Shown: in pieces, positions 35,024 through 45,507 of the stretch
Position numbering within the stretch: the stretch's first letter is position 1
How the letters are laid out: each line of letters begins with the position of its first letter
DNA from: Candidatus Woesearchaeota archaeon
GTDB taxonomy: Archaea; Nanobdellota; Nanobdellia; Pacearchaeales; GW2011-AR1
NCBI GenBank assembly: GCA_964578845.1
Contig: CAZOEF010000004.1
Coordinates: 1,562 to 65,561, forward strand
Length of the DNA stretch: 64,000 bases
Direction: 5' to 3'
Notes under the pieces: generated by a model
Told to the model about the DNA's origin: nothing
Database searches by the model: none
What the model saw: the letters and a program-made list of their open reading frames with translations, nothing else
Translations under genes and position numbers: made by a program

Positions 35024-36957
35024 ATAATCATGAATCTCTTGAGGAAAAAGAGATAAACATGTGGAAAAAGAAACTCATTGGAGCTTGGCTCTTCACTATT
35101 CCAATAGCTTTCATTATGTATTCGGGATTTATTTTAGGTTTTCCATTAATCTCTATGGAAGTCATGCCATTTCTATTGTTAATCTTAGGTTTTCCGGTAA
35201 TTTTTATTTTCGGCTGGCCAACAATAAAATCAGGAATCAGGGGAATATTTACTTTTTATTTTAATATGGATTCCCTTATCGCGTTAGGAACGATTGTGGC
35301 ATATATTACCGGAATATTAAGTTATTTTGACTTTGTCGCTGACTATTCAGGGATATCATCAATGATAATGGCTATTTTCATAACCGGAAAATTCATTGAA
35401 TCAAAGGCTAGAGGCCGAGCTTCGCAAGAAATAAAAAAATTACTGGAACTTGGAGCAAAAAAAGCAAGAGTATTAAGAGATAAACAAGAAATTGAGATCG
35501 AGATATCTGAAGTTAAGGTAGGTGATATAATTATAATAAAGCCAGGGGAAAAAATTCCTACAGATGGAATTGTCATAAAGGGGGAAAGTTCTGTTGACGA
35601 ATCCATGGTCACTGGGGAAAGCCTGCCAGTAGACAAGACTAAGGGGGATAACGTGATAGGCGCCACAGTCAATCAGGACGGAATCCTATATATCAAAGCT
35701 ACAAAAGTGGGAAAAGATACTTTCCTTGCAAATATCATAAAGCTAGTTGAAGAGGCCCAAGGGACAAAAATACCTATACAGAAGTTTGCTGATAAGATAA
35801 CAAACGTTTTTGTCCCAATAATACTGATTCTTGCTTTAATTTCAACAATAGCCTGGTTTATCTTTACAGGAGACCTTAGTAAATCCTTAGGGATAGCTAT
35901 AGCTGTTCTAGTAATCGCTTGTCCTTGCGCATTAGGTTTAGCAACACCAATCGCCTTGATGGTAGGCTCAGGCATCGGGGCAAAAAAAGGAATATTGATC
36001 AGGAAAGGCGAAGCTATCCAGACAATGAAAGAAGTCAAGACAATAGTATTTGACAAAACTGGAACAATAACAAAAGGAAAGCCAGAAGTCACTAATATAA
36101 AGACTGTTAAAATAAAAGAAAAAGATCTTTTGTTGATTGCAGCGAGTTTAGAAAATCTTTCAGAGCATCCGGTAGCTAAAGCTATAGTGAATAAAGCAGG
36201 TCTGAGGTTTTACAAGAAAGTGACTTCCTTCAAGATATTAAGAGGCAGAGGTTTAGAAGGAAAGATCGGGCGAGACTTGATATTGATTGGCAACCAGACG
36301 TTAATGAATGAAAGAAAGATCGACCTGAAAGTGATAAGAGAAGAGATAGAGAGCTTTGAAAATAATGGCAAGACTACTATGATAATTGCCAAAAACAAAA
36401 AAGTCCTTGGAGCTATCGCTGTCGCAGATGCAGTCAAGGAAGATTCCAAGGAAGCGATCAAGAAACTAAATGAATCAGGCTATAAGACAGTGATGATCAC
36501 AGGAGATAATGAAAGGACTGCTTTAGCTATTGCCAAAATAGTAGGGATAGAGAAGGTCATAGCAAATGTTCTTCCTGAAGACAAGGCAAAAAAGGTCGAA
36601 GAATTGCAAAAAGAAGGTTTTGTCGCTTTTGTCGGAGACGGAATAAATGATGCTCCTGCATTAAAGCAGGCAAATGTAGGAATAGCAATGGGAACAGGGA
36701 CAGATATAGCTATAGAAGCTGGCGATATAGTTTTGGCAAGAGGATCTTTAGAAGGTTCTGTGCAAGCAATAAATCTTTCAAAAGCAACTTTCAGGAAGAT
36801 AAAGCAGAACCTCTTCTGGGCTTTTGCTTATAATGTTATCACTATTCCTTTAGCTATTGGAGGGGTATTGCATCCTGTAATAGCTGAGATAGCCATGGCG
36901 TTATCTTCTGTGACGGTTGTTACAAATGCTAACCTGTTAAGAAGGGCAAGAATATAA
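35020..36957 (+). CDS. copA: Cu(I)-translocating P1B-type ATPase lacking an N-terminal HMA domain
   Basis: TGES, the CPC TM motif ([12 protein letters not shown]), DKTGTIT and [10 protein letters not shown]. Confidence 0.9.
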   Translation: MNNHESLEEKEINMWKKKLIGAWLFTIPIAFIMYSGFILGFPLISMEVMPFLLLILGFPVIFIFGWPTIKSGIRGIFTFYFNMDSLIALGTIVAYITGILSYFDFVADYSGISSMIMAIFITGKFIESKARGRASQEIKKLLELGAKKARVLRDKQEIEIEISEVKVGDIIIIKPGEKIPTDGIVIKGESSVDESMVTGESLPVDKTKGDNVIGATVNQDGILYIKATKVGKDTFLANIIKLVEEAQGTKIPIQKFADKITNVFVPIILILALISTIAWFIFTGDLSKSLGIAIAVLVIACPCALGLATPIALMVGSGIGAKKGILIRKGEAIQTMKEVKTIVFDKTGTITKGKPEVTNIKTVKIKEKDLLLIAASLENLSEHPVAKAIVNKAGLRFYKKVTSFKILRGRGLEGKIGRDLILIGNQTLMNERKIDLKVIREEIESFENNGKTTMIIAKNKKVLGAIAVADAVKEDSKEAIKKLNESGYKTVMITGDNERTALAIAKIVGIEKVIANVLPEDKAKKVEELQKEGFVAFVGDGINDAPALKQANVGIAMGTGTDIAIEAGDIVLARGSLEGSVQAINLSKATFRKIKQNLFWAFAYNVITIPLAIGGVLHPVIAEIAMALSSVTVVTNANLLRRARI

Positions 36958-36979
36958 TCACAATAATATTCTTATATTC

Positions 36980-37513
36980 TTGATTTTCATTGTGATTATG
37001 GGTTTTAATTTTATCTTTAGGTCTTTGGAAGACAGATCAGAATTAAAGGATCTGATTGATTTCATCTCAGCTCAGGATCTTAGTTATCCAGATTATCATT
37101 CATGGGTTGAGAGAACCGAGCACGAATTAGATGCTGGCTACAAGAAAGCTGTGATGGCTATCAGTGGAAGACAATTAATAGGTAATGCCATCTATCAAGA
37201 AAACAAAAGAAACAATTCATTTTTAGAGTTGAAAAATCTTAGAGTCCATCCATCATTAAGGAACAGATTGTTTGCTGCATTTATGCTCAGGCAAGTAGAA
37301 GCAGATAACTCAGATAAATACTCAGGAGTAATATTAGATGCCAGATCTGACCAACAGGAAATTATTAAGTTTCTAGTCAGGCAAGGCTATACTGAGATAG
37401 CAAATGTTCCATTGTACGATCCTAACTCTCCTGATGTGACAATGATAAAACCTCTTTCAGGCAGTATGGATGGATTGATAGCCCCGGCAAGAAAATTGAT
37501 AGTGCCAAGATGA
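36980..37513 (+). CDS. GNAT-like acetyltransferase (tentative); ATG 36998 is the likelier start
   Basis: LRVHPSLRNRLFAAFMLRQVE resembles motif A. The track start is TTG. Confidence 0.45.
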   Translation: MIFIVIMGFNFIFRSLEDRSELKDLIDFISAQDLSYPDYHSWVERTEHELDAGYKKAVMAISGRQLIGNAIYQENKRNNSFLELKNLRVHPSLRNRLFAAFMLRQVEADNSDKYSGVILDARSDQQEIIKFLVRQGYTEIANVPLYDPNSPDVTMIKPLSGSMDGLIAPARKLIVPR

Positions 37514-37845
37514 TATTCGAAAAACTCCAAAAGTCAGGATTCAGAAGCTCTTTTCACCTTTCTGTTAAGGACAAATTCTACATAAAAGAGAAAGGCCTTG
37601 ATAAAATAAAAGAACATTCCTTGGATTTCCTGAACAAAAGGATAAAAATAAAGCCAAAAAACGATGGAAAACAGACTCCTTTCAAAGGCCATCCTGTCTT
37701 TATCGCTATGCATGCAACAGCTTCCTGCTGCAGAAAATGCATAGAAAAATGGCATGGCTTTCCTAAAGATAAGGAATTGACAGATAAAGAGATCGATTAT
37801 CTTTCAGGGATTATAATGAAATGGATTGGGAAAGAACTTAATTAA
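37510..37845 (+). CDS. DUF4186-family protein
   Basis: GHPVFIAMHATASCCRKCIEKWHG.P....LT..E..Y is characteristic of the family. Confidence 0.65.
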   Translation: MIFEKLQKSGFRSSFHLSVKDKFYIKEKGLDKIKEHSLDFLNKRIKIKPKNDGKQTPFKGHPVFIAMHATASCCRKCIEKWHGFPKDKELTDKEIDYLSGIIMKWIGKELN

Positions 37846-37905
37846 TCTCTGTTAAGTAGTAACAAAATAGAAAGATTTAAATACTCTCTAAAAAGGAATT
37901 AATTT

Positions 37906-38826
37906 ATGATAGAAACCGTAAATGAACCTGAAGCTACACAGTCTGAAGAATTAGTCGAATTCAGAGTTATGGGGCTTGATACAGAATTTGGTAGAAGCAC
38001 CAGAGTTGAGAGACTTAAAGGCCTTAATGGACAAATGATTAGCGCTTATGAAGAAATTCCTGGAATAGAAGGATTCTCCCAATTATGTATTATTGAAGAT
38101 CCTGCCTCTGCCAAACCTGTAAGAGGCACAATAAACAAAAGGCTAAATACATCCTCGGAATCAACTCAGGAATACTCTGGCTTGATAAACCAAATTAATT
38201 CAATGTTTGATGCAGATATTCCTTCCCAAAGAGCCACACTTATTAGGGATTTGTCTCAAGGCGCAGTTTATCAAGATTCGGATGGAGATTTAGAGGTCAG
38301 GGTCAATAAAATCGGTCAAATTCTGTCTAGACCTATTCTCGAAGATGCAAAGAAGGATTATGAATTAAATTTACTAAAATATACAGTTCCTTTAGGGGCT
38401 ATACCTGGATGCATACTTGGAGGAGCCTTGGCTTTGTCCCCTGACCTACCTAATAATTATATACTTGGGACAATTTTAATGGGAACTATGAGTGGGATGG
38501 CCTTAGCAGCGCTCTTAACCTCCGAATATGTGGGAAAAAAAGATGTTCCTGACAAATTCCTGAATAAAGTAATCGGTCCAGGAATATTATTGAATAAATT
38601 CCGTGACTCCTGGGAAAGATTAAGCCAATTAAGGACAGAGGAAGTTTCTCCAGAGCAACTTGCACAATATGGATCAATAGAAAGAGGCGCAATAGCTAAT
38701 TATGATATGCTGCACCGCTTAGCGGAGCACTTTAGTAATGAAAGAGGCCTCTCAATAGTTTATTCTGGGAATTCAAGAGAAGAAGTATTAGATACTTTTA
38801 CAATAATATTACCTAAATCTGCCTGA
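37906..38826 (+). CDS. Hypothetical protein with two central TM helices (ORFan)
   Basis: ORF. TTTAAATA at 37876..37883 lies 30 nt upstream. Confidence 0.5.
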   Translation: MIETVNEPEATQSEELVEFRVMGLDTEFGRSTRVERLKGLNGQMISAYEEIPGIEGFSQLCIIEDPASAKPVRGTINKRLNTSSESTQEYSGLINQINSMFDADIPSQRATLIRDLSQGAVYQDSDGDLEVRVNKIGQILSRPILEDAKKDYELNLLKYTVPLGAIPGCILGGALALSPDLPNNYILGTILMGTMSGMALAALLTSEYVGKKDVPDKFLNKVIGPGILLNKFRDSWERLSQLRTEEVSPEQLAQYGSIERGAIANYDMLHRLAEHFSNERGLSIVYSGNSREEVLDTFTIILPKSA

Positions 38827-39312
38827 TCATTCCAAAATAGGATACTTTTTGACAAATCTGTGGTGCGTCCACCAAGTGCCGAATCCTAGGTATTTTCCTG
38901 CATGCACATAAGATAATCCAATCAGCGCTATCAAGTAGATTATATGCTCATCTATCAAAGGATTATTCTCCGGAGGAAGCAAGGATAACCACATGAATAG
39001 CATAAGCAAAGCTCCTGCAAGGCTTCCTATTCTTACCATCACTCCGCTAATCAAAGCTAAGCCCATCAATAACAGTCCTGCCATAAATAATACATCAATA
39101 AATATATTTCCTGCTAGAAGATTATAGAATCCTGCAAAGGGCCCTTTCACTGCGTGAGTCAAAAATCCTGTTGTTGGAGAGCCTCCCCTGATCCAGGCGC
39201 TCCCGGCAGCTGTAGCAAAACCAAGCCCGAATAATTTATCAACAAAAGCCCAGAGAAAAATCAATCCAAACGCTATCCTAAGCGCTCCCCACGCTAAATA
39301 CCTCTTTTTCAT
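38827..39312 (-). CDS. DoxX-family membrane protein
   Basis: LRIAFGLIFLWAFVDKLFGLGF... with four TM helices. Confidence 0.7.
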   Translation of the reverse strand: MKKRYLAWGALRIAFGLIFLWAFVDKLFGLGFATAAGSAWIRGGSPTTGFLTHAVKGPFAGFYNLLAGNIFIDVLFMAGLLLMGLALISGVMVRIGSLAGALLMLFMWLSLLPPENNPLIDEHIIYLIALIGLSYVHAGKYLGFGTWWTHHRFVKKYPILE

Positions 39313-39343
39313 ATTGCTAGATGAATTTGCAGATTTATAAATC

Positions 39344-40729
39344 TTAATTTTTCCTAACCTTCATCCCTTCAGGAGTATCCTCTAACTCATACCCTTTCTT
39401 CTTTATCATATCTCTAAGTATATCAGCCCTCTCCCAATTTTTATTTTTTCTAGCTTCTTCCCTTTCATCAATTAATTTCTGGACATCTTTTGGAATGCTT
39501 ATCTCTTCCTCCTTCATCTCTTTAATTCTCAGCCCTAAAACTTCATCAAATTTCTCGAGTAATTTTAGCTTCTTTTTAACATCAAAATCAAAGTCATCCA
39601 AAACTTTCCAGAATACATCTAAAGATTTAGGCATGTTCAAGTCATCATTTATCGCTTTTAGGAATTCAGATTCATAAGTCTTAGTCTTATCAATGCCTTT
39701 ATGCTCCTCTTTTCGTAATTCAATTATTTTCCTCTTTATCCTTTCATAAGCATTCTTCGCAGAATCCAGATTATCAAGGCTGAAATTCAACGGCTTTCGA
39801 TAGCTTGTTAATAAGCATAGATACCTAAAATGCAGAGGATCAAATCCCTCATCTTGAAGTTCAGTCACTGTATATAATCCGCCCTTGCTCTTGCTTACTT
39901 TCTCTCCCTTAAATGTTAGAAAAGCTCCGTGCATCCAGTAATTGACAAATTTCTTCCCTGTTGCAGCTTCACTTTGCGCTATCTCGTTAGTATGATGCAC
40001 TGGAATATGGTCTTCTCCCCCTGTATGTATATCAAAATGCTCTCCTAAATATTTCATAGACATAGCAGAACACTCAATATGCCATCCAGGAAACCCGGTT
40101 CCCCATGGAGAATCCCATTCCTGCTGCCTTACTCCAGGAGCTGAAGAAAATTTCCATAAAGCGAAATCAGTAGCGTGTCTCTTCTCTCCAATATCTACTC
40201 TCTTTCCAACCTGCAGACCCTTCACATTCAATCTGGCTAACTTGCCATAATCCTTGAATTTAGCGCTGTCAAAATAGATCCCGTCGCTAGTCTCATAAGT
40301 AAATCCTTTTTTTTCTAATTTCTTAATTAAGTCAATCTGCTCCTTGATATGCATAGTCGCTTTAGGGAATTTGTCAGGCATCAATATGTTTAATTTTCCT
40401 AAATCCTGCAGGAAAACATCAAAATAATGTTTAGCAATATCTTCAGCTTTCCTTCCTTCTTTAATAGCAGCTTTCTCCATCTTGTCCTCACCTTCATCAG
40501 AGTCAGAAGTCAAGTGCCCAACATCAGTCACATTGATTATATGCTTAACACTATAATTATTATACAGCAAGACTCTCTTTAAGATGTCTGCAAAAATATA
40601 GCTCCTCATGTTCCCAATATGCTGATACCAATAAACAGTCGGCCCGCACGAATATAATCCAACTTTCTTGTCTTTAATAGGCTTAAATTTATCTTTCTTC
40701 CTAGTCAGAGTATTATATAGATAAACCAT
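39344..40729 (-). CDS. cysS: Cysteinyl-tRNA synthetase
   Basis: CGPTVYWYQHIGNMRSY (HIGH), WHIECS zinc-site region and KVSKSKG (KMSKS). Confidence 0.95.
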   Translation of the reverse strand: MVYLYNTLTRKKDKFKPIKDKKVGLYSCGPTVYWYQHIGNMRSYIFADILKRVLLYNNYSVKHIINVTDVGHLTSDSDEGEDKMEKAAIKEGRKAEDIAKHYFDVFLQDLGKLNILMPDKFPKATMHIKEQIDLIKKLEKKGFTYETSDGIYFDSAKFKDYGKLARLNVKGLQVGKRVDIGEKRHATDFALWKFSSAPGVRQQEWDSPWGTGFPGWHIECSAMSMKYLGEHFDIHTGGEDHIPVHHTNEIAQSEAATGKKFVNYWMHGAFLTFKGEKVSKSKGGLYTVTELQDEGFDPLHFRYLCLLTSYRKPLNFSLDNLDSAKNAYERIKRKIIELRKEEHKGIDKTKTYESEFLKAINDDLNMPKSLDVFWKVLDDFDFDVKKKLKLLEKFDEVLGLRIKEMKEEEISIPKDVQKLIDEREEARKNKNWERADILRDMIKKKGYELEDTPEGMKVRKN

Positions 40730-41237
40730 TAAATATAGAATTAAGCAGGGATTTTAATAGTTTCTCATCAGATTCTGACCTTCTGGACTCGATACCATAT
40801 CTATCTCTGATCTCATCCATGAGTTCCTTGCTTTCATCCGGAAGCTCTCCCGGAAAAGAGGCCGTGATTCCAGTCCCGCTAAATCTAAAATCTGCACGAT
40901 AGGTTGCATTAGGGGCTATCCGGTTGATATAATCTTTTTCACTCCCAATATCTCCTAATATTCCCAGGAATCTACGTATATCCGGCATTCCCCTTGAATT
41001 TTCTGAAGCTAGCAAAGCTCTTGGAGCGTCAAAAAATATTAATTCATACCCTCTATTAGGAGAATAAATTCCTGTATTCGGTTTTGTTGGGACTCCATAA
41101 TCTATCACTATATTTCCAGTGTTTGGTTTTTGAGGAAAAAGTCTGCCGCTAACATAATCCATGGCTCTGCTTAACTTTCTATGCCCGTGTTGACGGGTTA
41201 ATTCATTTCTTCCTTCTTGATGATAAAAATTGGTCAT
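40713..41237 (-). CDS. Hypothetical protein (ORFan) overlapping the cysS start by 17 nt
   Basis: ORF with an internal short repeat (KPNTGNIVIDYG / KPNTGIYSP). Confidence 0.45.
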   Translation of the reverse strand: MTNFYHQEGRNELTRQHGHRKLSRAMDYVSGRLFPQKPNTGNIVIDYGVPTKPNTGIYSPNRGYELIFFDAPRALLASENSRGMPDIRRFLGILGDIGSEKDYINRIAPNATYRADFRFSGTGITASFPGELPDESKELMDEIRDRYGIESRRSESDEKLLKSLLNSIFNGLSI

Positions 41238-41320
41238 TTTAAGATTCCTGTAAATTTTGGAGCGTAGTCATTACAAAGTTTACCTATTTAAAGCTTATGA
41301 AGAATAATATTTTATCGAAG

Positions 41321-42262
41321 TTATTTGCTTGCTTTTTTAAGCCTGTCAAGAATTGCACTCCCGAATTCCTTTCCTTTTGGTTCAAATACGATTATTATAT
41401 CATAGCCTTCTTTATCACTTTCCCTGAAATCTTTGAACAGATTTTTAGCCATTTTGATTTCATTTTCATATTTTAAGATCCTGATTTTTTTCTTAGAATG
41501 CTTCTCAGAGATCAACTTAGATTCCTTGTTGCTCTTTACTAAAATAACCTGTGCATTTGGGGAATAATGCCTATATTTCATTCCAGGGGATCTTGGCTTA
41601 TTATCTGAAATATTCTTATCATTTACTCTTCCGATTACTTTTTCAATTTGTTTCTTGGTTATTTTTCCTAGCCTTAGTATTTGAGGGATCTCTTGGGTCA
41701 TGTCTAATACAGTAGATTCTATTCCAATATCCACCTTTCCGCCATCTATCACAGCGTCGATCCTGCCGTTAAGATCGTCAATTACATGTTCAGCAAGGGT
41801 TGGGCTTGGCTTTCCGGAAATATTCGCTGAAGGTGCAGCCAGCGGACAGCCTGACTCTTTGATAAGTTCTAAAGAGATCTTATTTTTAGGCATCCTGATT
41901 GCTACACTATCTAAACCTGCTGTAACAGCCTTAGGAACAGCTTTTGATTTTTTCATGACTAGTGTAAGAGGCCCTGGCCAGAATCTTTCCATTAGTTTAG
42001 CTGCTTTCTCAGGAGTTTTATTAACTAAATAGTTTACCTGGTCTATTCCGGAAACATGAAGTATCAAAGGATTATCCTGAGGACGGCCTTTCGCCAAAAA
42101 TATTTTCCTGACTGCTTTTTTATCTAATCCGTTTGCCCCTAGTCCGTAAACTGTCTCTGTAGGAAAAGCAACTACACCGCCTTTTTTTATTATTCTCGCA
42201 GCTTCATTTATCTTGGCAGTGCTAATATTTTTACTGTCAATTTTTATTATTCTGGTTTTCAT
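41321..42262 (-). CDS. sua5: Threonylcarbamoyl-AMP synthase (Sua5/YwlC; YrdC domain + Sua5 C-terminal domain)
   Basis: FPTETVYGLGAN, RPQDNPLILH and SANISG motifs. Confidence 0.9.
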   Translation of the reverse strand: MKTRIIKIDSKNISTAKINEAARIIKKGGVVAFPTETVYGLGANGLDKKAVRKIFLAKGRPQDNPLILHVSGIDQVNYLVNKTPEKAAKLMERFWPGPLTLVMKKSKAVPKAVTAGLDSVAIRMPKNKISLELIKESGCPLAAPSANISGKPSPTLAEHVIDDLNGRIDAVIDGGKVDIGIESTVLDMTQEIPQILRLGKITKKQIEKVIGRVNDKNISDNKPRSPGMKYRHYSPNAQVILVKSNKESKLISEKHSKKKIRILKYENEIKMAKNLFKDFRESDKEGYDIIIVFEPKGKEFGSAILDRLKKASK

Positions 42263-43194
42263 AAGATTTTAGCAAAATTATTTATTTCTTCAAATGTCTT
42301 CAATCTAGTGAACTGTTCACGCGCCTTTGCCGCACCTTCGAAATCCTTGATAAAACTTCCCCCAATATATTTTATTCTTCCTATATCTATAATATCGTAT
42401 TTCTTTACTAATTGAAGATATTCCTTGAATGATTTTATCTTATCCTTAAAATCAAATTTTTTCTCTTTGCCTGTTTTTAGATAATGAGTTATTTCCTTAA
42501 AAATAAGGGGATTTCCTATGGCTCCTCTTGCGACCATCACTCCATCGCAAATGTCCAGCATTTCAGCAGCATGTTTACCTGAAAAGACGTCTCCGTTTCC
42601 TACAACAGGTATTCCTATATCGCCCTTTATTTTTTTTATCCATTTCCAGTCTGCAGGAGTGCTTCTTCCATCAGTAGCTAATCTTGCATGCACAGTCAAT
42701 AAATCAGCTCCAGCATTCTCTATTTCTTTTGCTATTTTAATCGCATTATTTTCCTTGAATCCTAATCTGATCTTTGCTGTGACAGTAAGCCCTTCATTTT
42801 TTAATGTCCTTATCATCCCGCCTATTTTGCTAGGATTCTTTAGCAAATAACTTCCAGCTTCATTTCCAGTTATCCTGATCGAAGGGCATCCGCAATTTAT
42901 GTCTATCAGATCATAATCCCTTACTAAAGGAAGTTTTGCAAACTTTTCGAATTCAGAGACATTATTTCCTGTAATCTGCAGGCCAACAGGCTTATCCTCT
43001 TTAGAAGTAAGCATTAATTTCTTGGTCTTTTCATTCTCATGCAATATTGCATCTATATAGATCATCTCAGTATAAGCCATTCCTGCTCCGTATTTCCTGC
43101 AGATCATTCTATAAGCCAAATCAGTCACATCTACCATAGGAGACAAGAATAGTCTATTAGGCACTTTTACTCTTCCAATCTTAAATGGCTTCAT
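42259..43194 (-). CDS. dus: tRNA-dihydrouridine synthase
   Basis: LSPMVDVTDLAYR, DINCGCP and GNGD motifs. Confidence 0.85.
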   Translation of the reverse strand: MKPFKIGRVKVPNRLFLSPMVDVTDLAYRMICRKYGAGMAYTEMIYIDAILHENEKTKKLMLTSKEDKPVGLQITGNNVSEFEKFAKLPLVRDYDLIDINCGCPSIRITGNEAGSYLLKNPSKIGGMIRTLKNEGLTVTAKIRLGFKENNAIKIAKEIENAGADLLTVHARLATDGRSTPADWKWIKKIKGDIGIPVVGNGDVFSGKHAAEMLDICDGVMVARGAIGNPLIFKEITHYLKTGKEKKFDFKDKIKSFKEYLQLVKKYDIIDIGRIKYIGGSFIKDFEGAAKAREQFTRLKTFEEINNFAKIL

Positions 43195-43349
43195 AATTAA
43201 AGAATCAGGAGCGGTTTTTTATAGTTTATCTAAAAACTCCTCATACAATTTCTTATAAACATCATGCCCATGTTTAGCAAGTTGTTACTTTCATTTTTTA
43301 CCTGTTAGTACTCCCATACCTTTTAATAGTATTTCTATATTTGAAATAT

Positions 43350-44459
43350 ATGGTCAGAGTAACATACTGGAGCCCTATAGATGGCCATGTTCATCTAAGG
43401 GGGAACGAATATTCTCAGGTCAAACCTTCTTTCGCAGAATTATTTTTCAGGGACGCAAAAGCTGTCGGGCTAAGGGCTGCAGTTGAAGAGCCAAATCCTG
43501 AGCCGTACCTCCATAATAGAATAAATATTTGCAGGAGGATCAAGCAGATCGATATAGTAAGACAAAAAATGGGTGCGATGGATATCAACCATGGTATAGC
43601 GGTGGCTTTGACCAGCAACCCTGACCAAATCAAAGAAGCCCTGGATCTTATTTGGTTTAATCCAAGAGTTGTCACTGCTAAATCTTTTATGGCTCGAACA
43701 ACAAAAAGTGAAAAATTAGAAATTATCGCTCATCCTGACCAAAAATATTCCTGGCAAGAAACTTCCAATTCCCCAAGGGGAAAGATAGTTAGAGAAATGC
43801 ACTTAGAAGATGAAGATATGTTCAAGATTGAATTCGATCCTTCTCGTCCAGAGACTCATGCATACAGGCAATGCCCTGAATCAGAAGTCATACAGTTTGA
43901 AAGGCAGTTTGGTTTTGCTTATGATGCAGGTTTTAAGGGAATATTTCTTGTTAAACATACATCTAATCCTGATACAATAGATTTAGGGGATAAGCTTGTG
44001 AAGTTTGATCCGCCTTTCAAGGTTATGTATGAAACAACTCCTCATCACATGTTTCTGAATATAGAAGATGACTATCCTATTCACGGAAATGGCGTCAAGA
44101 TGAATCCTCCCTTAAGGCCGAAGGAAATGCAGGAAAGATTATTGGAATACGGTTTGGCAGGAAGAACGCACACAATAGGGACTGATCACGCATCTCATCC
44201 ATTTGACCAAAAAATAGGGCCCCCTCATAAATCAGGGATTCCTGTAGAGCCATTTTATCCTATGATGATCCACCTTCTAAGGGAAGCAGGCATGAAAGAA
44301 GATAATGTGAAAAGATTAACTTTTGATAACCCTAATCAGGTTTACTTCAATGGCTATCTTGCTCCTAGGGAAGTCACAGTAGAATATAATCCATCGCTAT
44401 GGGAAGCTTACGGGTGGAATCCTTTCTCTAGAGTAGACGGCACTCTAAAATCTGCTTAA
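43350..44459 (+). CDS. Dihydroorotase-like cyclic amidohydrolase; ATG 43350 preferred over track TTG 43341
   Basis: DGHVHLRG, KMNPPLRP and IGTDHASHP. TTTTAATA starts 29 nt upstream of ATG 43350. Confidence 0.65.
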   Translation: MVRVTYWSPIDGHVHLRGNEYSQVKPSFAELFFRDAKAVGLRAAVEEPNPEPYLHNRINICRRIKQIDIVRQKMGAMDINHGIAVALTSNPDQIKEALDLIWFNPRVVTAKSFMARTTKSEKLEIIAHPDQKYSWQETSNSPRGKIVREMHLEDEDMFKIEFDPSRPETHAYRQCPESEVIQFERQFGFAYDAGFKGIFLVKHTSNPDTIDLGDKLVKFDPPFKVMYETTPHHMFLNIEDDYPIHGNGVKMNPPLRPKEMQERLLEYGLAGRTHTIGTDHASHPFDQKIGPPHKSGIPVEPFYPMMIHLLREAGMKEDNVKRLTFDNPNQVYFNGYLAPREVTVEYNPSLWEAYGWNPFSRVDGTLKSA

Positions 44460-44499
44460 AAATCCAAATCTTTATAAAAGACTCCAAGCTAAGTAATTT

Positions 44500-44814
44500 A
44501 TGGAAAAAGATATAGACAGAATAACAAAGAATCCTGAGACAGATATTGTGATAAGAATAGATGATTTTGGAGGCAAGAGAGGTCTGACAATAAGAGAATT
44601 TGTCCGCTCTGAGAGATATACAGGTTTCACTAAAGCCGGAACAAGAATACCTGCAAATCAATTCAAAGCATTCAAAGATGCGATAAACTCAATTGATGAG
44701 AATGACCTTGAGGAAGAGGCATCCTCAGAGGATCAAGATAAATTTAAGAAAGGTTCTTCTCAAAAACAGCAATCATTGGAAGAAGGCGAAACTCCTGAAG
44801 AACAGGAAATGTAA
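44500..44814 (+). CDS. PC4/YdbC-like putative ssDNA-binding protein with an acidic tail (tentative)
   Basis: IVIRIDDFGGKRGLTIREFV....YTGFTKAGTRIPANQFKAFKDAI resembles the PC4 fold pattern. Confidence 0.45.
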   Translation: MEKDIDRITKNPETDIVIRIDDFGGKRGLTIREFVRSERYTGFTKAGTRIPANQFKAFKDAINSIDENDLEEEASSEDQDKFKKGSSQKQQSLEEGETPEEQEM

Positions 44815-44861
44815 GACAGAAAGGTTTTTAAGTAATAGTAAACAGTAAACAGTATATACTC

Positions 44862-44892
44862 CCCAGTATTGCTTCGGCAAGACTGGGTTTTT
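44862..44892 (+). terminator. Hairpin with UUCG tetraloop followed by T5
   Basis: CCCAGT-A-TTGC-TTCG-GCAA-G-ACTGGG then TTTTT, 48 nt after the stop of 44500..44814. Confidence 0.5.
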
Positions 44893-44934
44893 ATTATCTA
44901 AATTATTATAAATAATGCTTTGTCTAATCCTCTT

Positions 44935-45480
44935 ATGAAAAAAGTAGCCTTATTCATTGACGGAAGTAATTTTTACTATGGACTAAAAAGCACATATGGA
45001 GAGGAAAGATCGTTAACAAATTTTAATTTTCTAAAACTCGGAGAGATTCTAACAGGCAATAAAAGAGATCTATTAAGAATTTACTACTATAATGCTCCTC
45101 TAGATTATAAGTCTAGTCCAGAGGCTTATGCAAAACAACAGAGATTTTTTGAGAAGGTTAAATCAACTGAAAAAGTAAAATTGATTCTAAGCAGGCTGCA
45201 AAAGAGAAAGATAAAAGACACAGGCCAATTCTACTATGTAGTTAAAGGGGATGACATCCACATAGCAGTAGATATGGTCAAAGGAGCATACGAAAATACA
45301 TTCGATGTCGCCATTCTTGTCTCTGGGGATGGAGACTTTGTACCGGCAGTTAAAGTAGTGCAAGAAAAAGGCAAGAGTGTAGAAAATGCCTACTTTAAAC
45401 CAAGCTTATCATGGCATCTCAAACAAGAGTGCGACAAGTCCATCAAGCTAAATAAAGAAATATTAGATAAATGTTTTTGA
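44935..45480 (+). CDS. NYN-domain (LabA-like) putative RNase; ATG 44935 preferred over track TTG 44920
   Basis: VALFIDGSNFYY and ILVSGDGDFVPAV. TTATAAAT starts 29 nt upstream of ATG 44935. Confidence 0.8.
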   Translation: MKKVALFIDGSNFYYGLKSTYGEERSLTNFNFLKLGEILTGNKRDLLRIYYYNAPLDYKSSPEAYAKQQRFFEKVKSTEKVKLILSRLQKRKIKDTGQFYYVVKGDDIHIAVDMVKGAYENTFDVAILVSGDGDFVPAVKVVQEKGKSVENAYFKPSLSWHLKQECDKSIKLNKEILDKCF

Positions 45481-45507
45481 CAAATAAGACAGGAAATGTG
45501 ATTAATC

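Noticed and set aside
43215-43250. GGAG-CGG-TTTTTT...AAAAA-CTCC inverted repeat in the dus/pyrC-like divergent spacer
   Set aside because: The stem is mostly A-T pairs with a bulge. In AT-rich promoter DNA this is expected by chance.
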